Below are positions 57,112 to 60,416 of a DNA stretch of 60,416 nt, piece after piece. How positions within the stretch are numbered: position 1 is the first letter of the stretch; every line of letters begins with the position of its first letter. A program made the translations under genes and the position numbers. The notes beneath the pieces were generated by a model, which saw nothing but the letters and a program-made list of their open reading frames with translations, was not told the origin of the DNA and made no database searches. Source of the stretch: an uncultured Solirubrobacteraceae bacterium. GTDB lineage: Bacteria > Actinomycetota > Thermoleophilia > Solirubrobacterales > Solirubrobacteraceae. The stretch is taken from positions 1 through 60,416 of the forward strand of contig CAZFGJ010000001.1 in NCBI GenBank assembly GCA_964518445.1, given 5' to 3'.

Positions 57112-58521
57112 TCATCGGCGCGGGGCAGAGTAGCGCGCCAGCTTCTTGCCCGGGTTGAGCAGGCCCTTGGGGTCGAACATTCGTTTGATCGCTTCATGCA
57201 ACTCGACCGTCGCCTCGGGCCACTGGCCCTCCAGCCGGCCGCCCTTCAAAAGGCCCACTCCGTGCTCCCCCGCGACCGACCCGCCGAGCTTCACCACCAG
57301 CTCGAACAGCGCATCCCCCACGGCCGCTGCGCGGTCGAGCTCCGCCTCGTCGGCGGGGTCCACCAGAACGGTCGCATGGACGTTCCCCTCGCCTCCGTGC
57401 CCCCAGGCGCAGGACCGAAGGTCATGCCGGGCCGCGATCGCCTCGAAGCCCTCAAGGCCCTCGGCCAGGCGGTCGACCGGGAACACCACGTCCTCCGAGA
57501 CCTTCGCTCCGCGAACGCCCGTGACGACGCCGTTGACCCCGTCCCGCCACCGCCACAGCTCGGCTTGATCGGAGGGCTCATCGATCGCCAGCGCCGCTCC
57601 TCCCAGCAACTCCAGCAGCTCGCTCCGCTGTGCCGCGACGTCGGCGGCGCTGCCGTCCAGCTCGACGATAAGGGCGAAGCCCGCTCCTTCGGGAACAGCT
57701 GTCCCCTCCGGGCCGCGCAGGCGCTCGACCGCCGGGTATGAAGCCGACAGCATCCCGGTGGTCGGGCCGTCGAGGAAGTCCAGCACCGCCGGGCGCATCC
57801 CCGATCCCAGGATCTCCCCGATCGCCTCGCAACCCTCGCTCACGCCGGACATGAACACCAGCAGGGCGAGCGCCGCCTCGGGCGCCGGGAGCAGCCGCAG
57901 GCGAACGGCCGTGATCACTCCCAACGTGCCCTCGGAGCCGATCAGCAGGCTCTTCAGGTCATAGCCCGCCACGTCCTTGGCCGCCCAGCCGCCGATCTCC
58001 ACGAGCTCTCCCGGCGCCAGCACCACCTCCATGCCCGCCACCCAGGAGCCCGTGACTCCGTACTTCAGCGCGTGGGGCCCTCCCGCGTTGGTTGCCACGT
58101 TGCCGCCGATCTGCGACTGCTCCGCGGCCCCGGGATCGGGGGCGAACATCAGCCCGTTCTCGCGCGCCAGGCGCTGAACGTCGCGGGTGCTCACACCCGC
58201 CTCGGGCATGATCCGCCAGAGGCCCGGGTCGAGCTCGCGGATCCGCCGCAGCCGCTCCAGGGACAGCACGATCCCGCCCTCTGTGGCGACCGCTCCGCCC
58301 ATCATCCCCGTGCCGCCTCCCCGGGGGACGATCGGGATGTCCCGCTCGTAGCACCAGGCCACCACCGACGCGACCTCCTCGGCGCTGCCGGGAAGGACCG
58401 CCAGCTTCCCACGGCTCTCGACGCCTCTGCGCCGGCCCCAGTCATGCGAGTAGGGCGAGGCGGCGGGCACCTCGAGGACATGCTCGGAGCCCACCAGGCG
58501 GCTTAGCTCACGTCCGTCCAC
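57112..58521 (-). CDS. FAD-linked oxidase, GlcD / D-2-hydroxyacid dehydrogenase family
   Basis: PRGGGTG..GG, IGGNVATNAGG...KYG, GSEGTLG, H..EGNVH, GEHGVG, DP...LNPGK. Confidence 0.9.
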   Translation of the reverse strand: MDGRELSRLVGSEHVLEVPAASPYSHDWGRRRGVESRGKLAVLPGSAEEVASVVAWCYERDIPIVPRGGGTGMMGGAVATEGGIVLSLERLRRIRELDPGLWRIMPEAGVSTRDVQRLARENGLMFAPDPGAAEQSQIGGNVATNAGGPHALKYGVTGSWVAGMEVVLAPGELVEIGGWAAKDVAGYDLKSLLIGSEGTLGVITAVRLRLLPAPEAALALLVFMSGVSEGCEAIGEILGSGMRPAVLDFLDGPTTGMLSASYPAVERLRGPEGTAVPEGAGFALIVELDGSAADVAAQRSELLELLGGAALAIDEPSDQAELWRWRDGVNGVVTGVRGAKVSEDVVFPVDRLAEGLEGFEAIAARHDLRSCAWGHGGEGNVHATVLVDPADEAELDRAAAVGDALFELVVKLGGSVAGEHGVGLLKGGRLEGQWPEATVELHEAIKRMFDPKGLLNPGKKLARYSAPRR

Positions 58522-58560
58522 GAAGGCCGAGGCTAGCGCTAAGGGTAGGATTCATGGGCA

Positions 58561-60206
<1,646 letters not shown>

Positions 60207-60210
<4 letters not shown>

Positions 60211-60236
60211 GCCGCCCGGCCGGGCGGCCGGCCTAG
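60207..60236 (+). terminator. GC-rich hairpin overlapping the mutase stop codon
   Basis: CTAGGCCG...CGGCCTAG inverted repeat; no U-tract. Confidence 0.4.
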
Positions 60237-60270
60237 CAACTTCGGAGCCTCCCGCCGTGTCCAGATTCCT

Positions 60271-60416
60271 GTGCGCACCCTGAGAAGCCCGGCATCGGCG
60301 GTCCTGCTCGCTGGGGTCATGGCCCTGCTCCTCCCTTCCCCCGGGGCGCTCGCAGCGCCGGCCATCTCGCCGGCCTACGGCTCGCGGGGAGCGATGCCCG
60401 CCGAGCAGATCAGCTT
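60271..60416 (+). CDS. Secreted protein, 5' fragment; probable paralog of the ASST protein
   Basis: Signal peptide then AAPAISPAYGSRGAMPAEQIS, similar to AAPAVAVSPLNGTPDASPYTQIS of 53612..55393. Confidence 0.55.
   Translation, partial: MRTLRSPASAVLLAGVMALLLPSPGALAAPAISPAYGSRGAMPAEQIS

Overview
High-GC bacterial DNA, probably Actinobacteria; the gene families and many apparently leaderless starts suggest Thermoleophilia/Solirubrobacterales (inference). (1) 1-9.8 kb is an accessory region of unrelated small genes: DUF1622, a GMC oxidoreductase, a hypothetical, two arrays of SnoaL/NTF2-like genes, a secreted protein, an amber-interrupted rifampin ADP-ribosyltransferase and GrpB. Most are separated by copies of a degenerate palindromic element with a ~110-bp GGAC...GTCC core, up to 326 bp with a perfect 21-bp terminal inverted repeat. 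The six-gene SnoaL array is one reading frame punctuated only by TAG+3 nt junctions whose DNA is nearly identical although the gene interiors have diverged. This repeat-bounded cassette region is the best candidate for an undescribed system. (2) 9.8-18 kb holds two tandem ECF sigma factors with membrane-anchored extensions, a His-rich secreted protein, GFA, a sulfotransferase, HU, heme A synthase and an aldolase-like gene. (3) 18-52 kb is a large surface-glycan locus: Wzt/Wzm, Wzx, a GT-C protein, about a dozen glycosyltransferases, four putative O-methyltransferases and a CDP-C-methyl-6-deoxyhexose pathway. (4) 52-60 kb holds secreted proteins, an arylsulfotransferase, a P450, a second HU, a GlcD-like oxidase and an isobutyryl-CoA-mutase-type large subunit. 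No rRNA, tRNA, CRISPR array, integrase or transposase was recognised. All calls come from reading motifs by eye; no searches were run.
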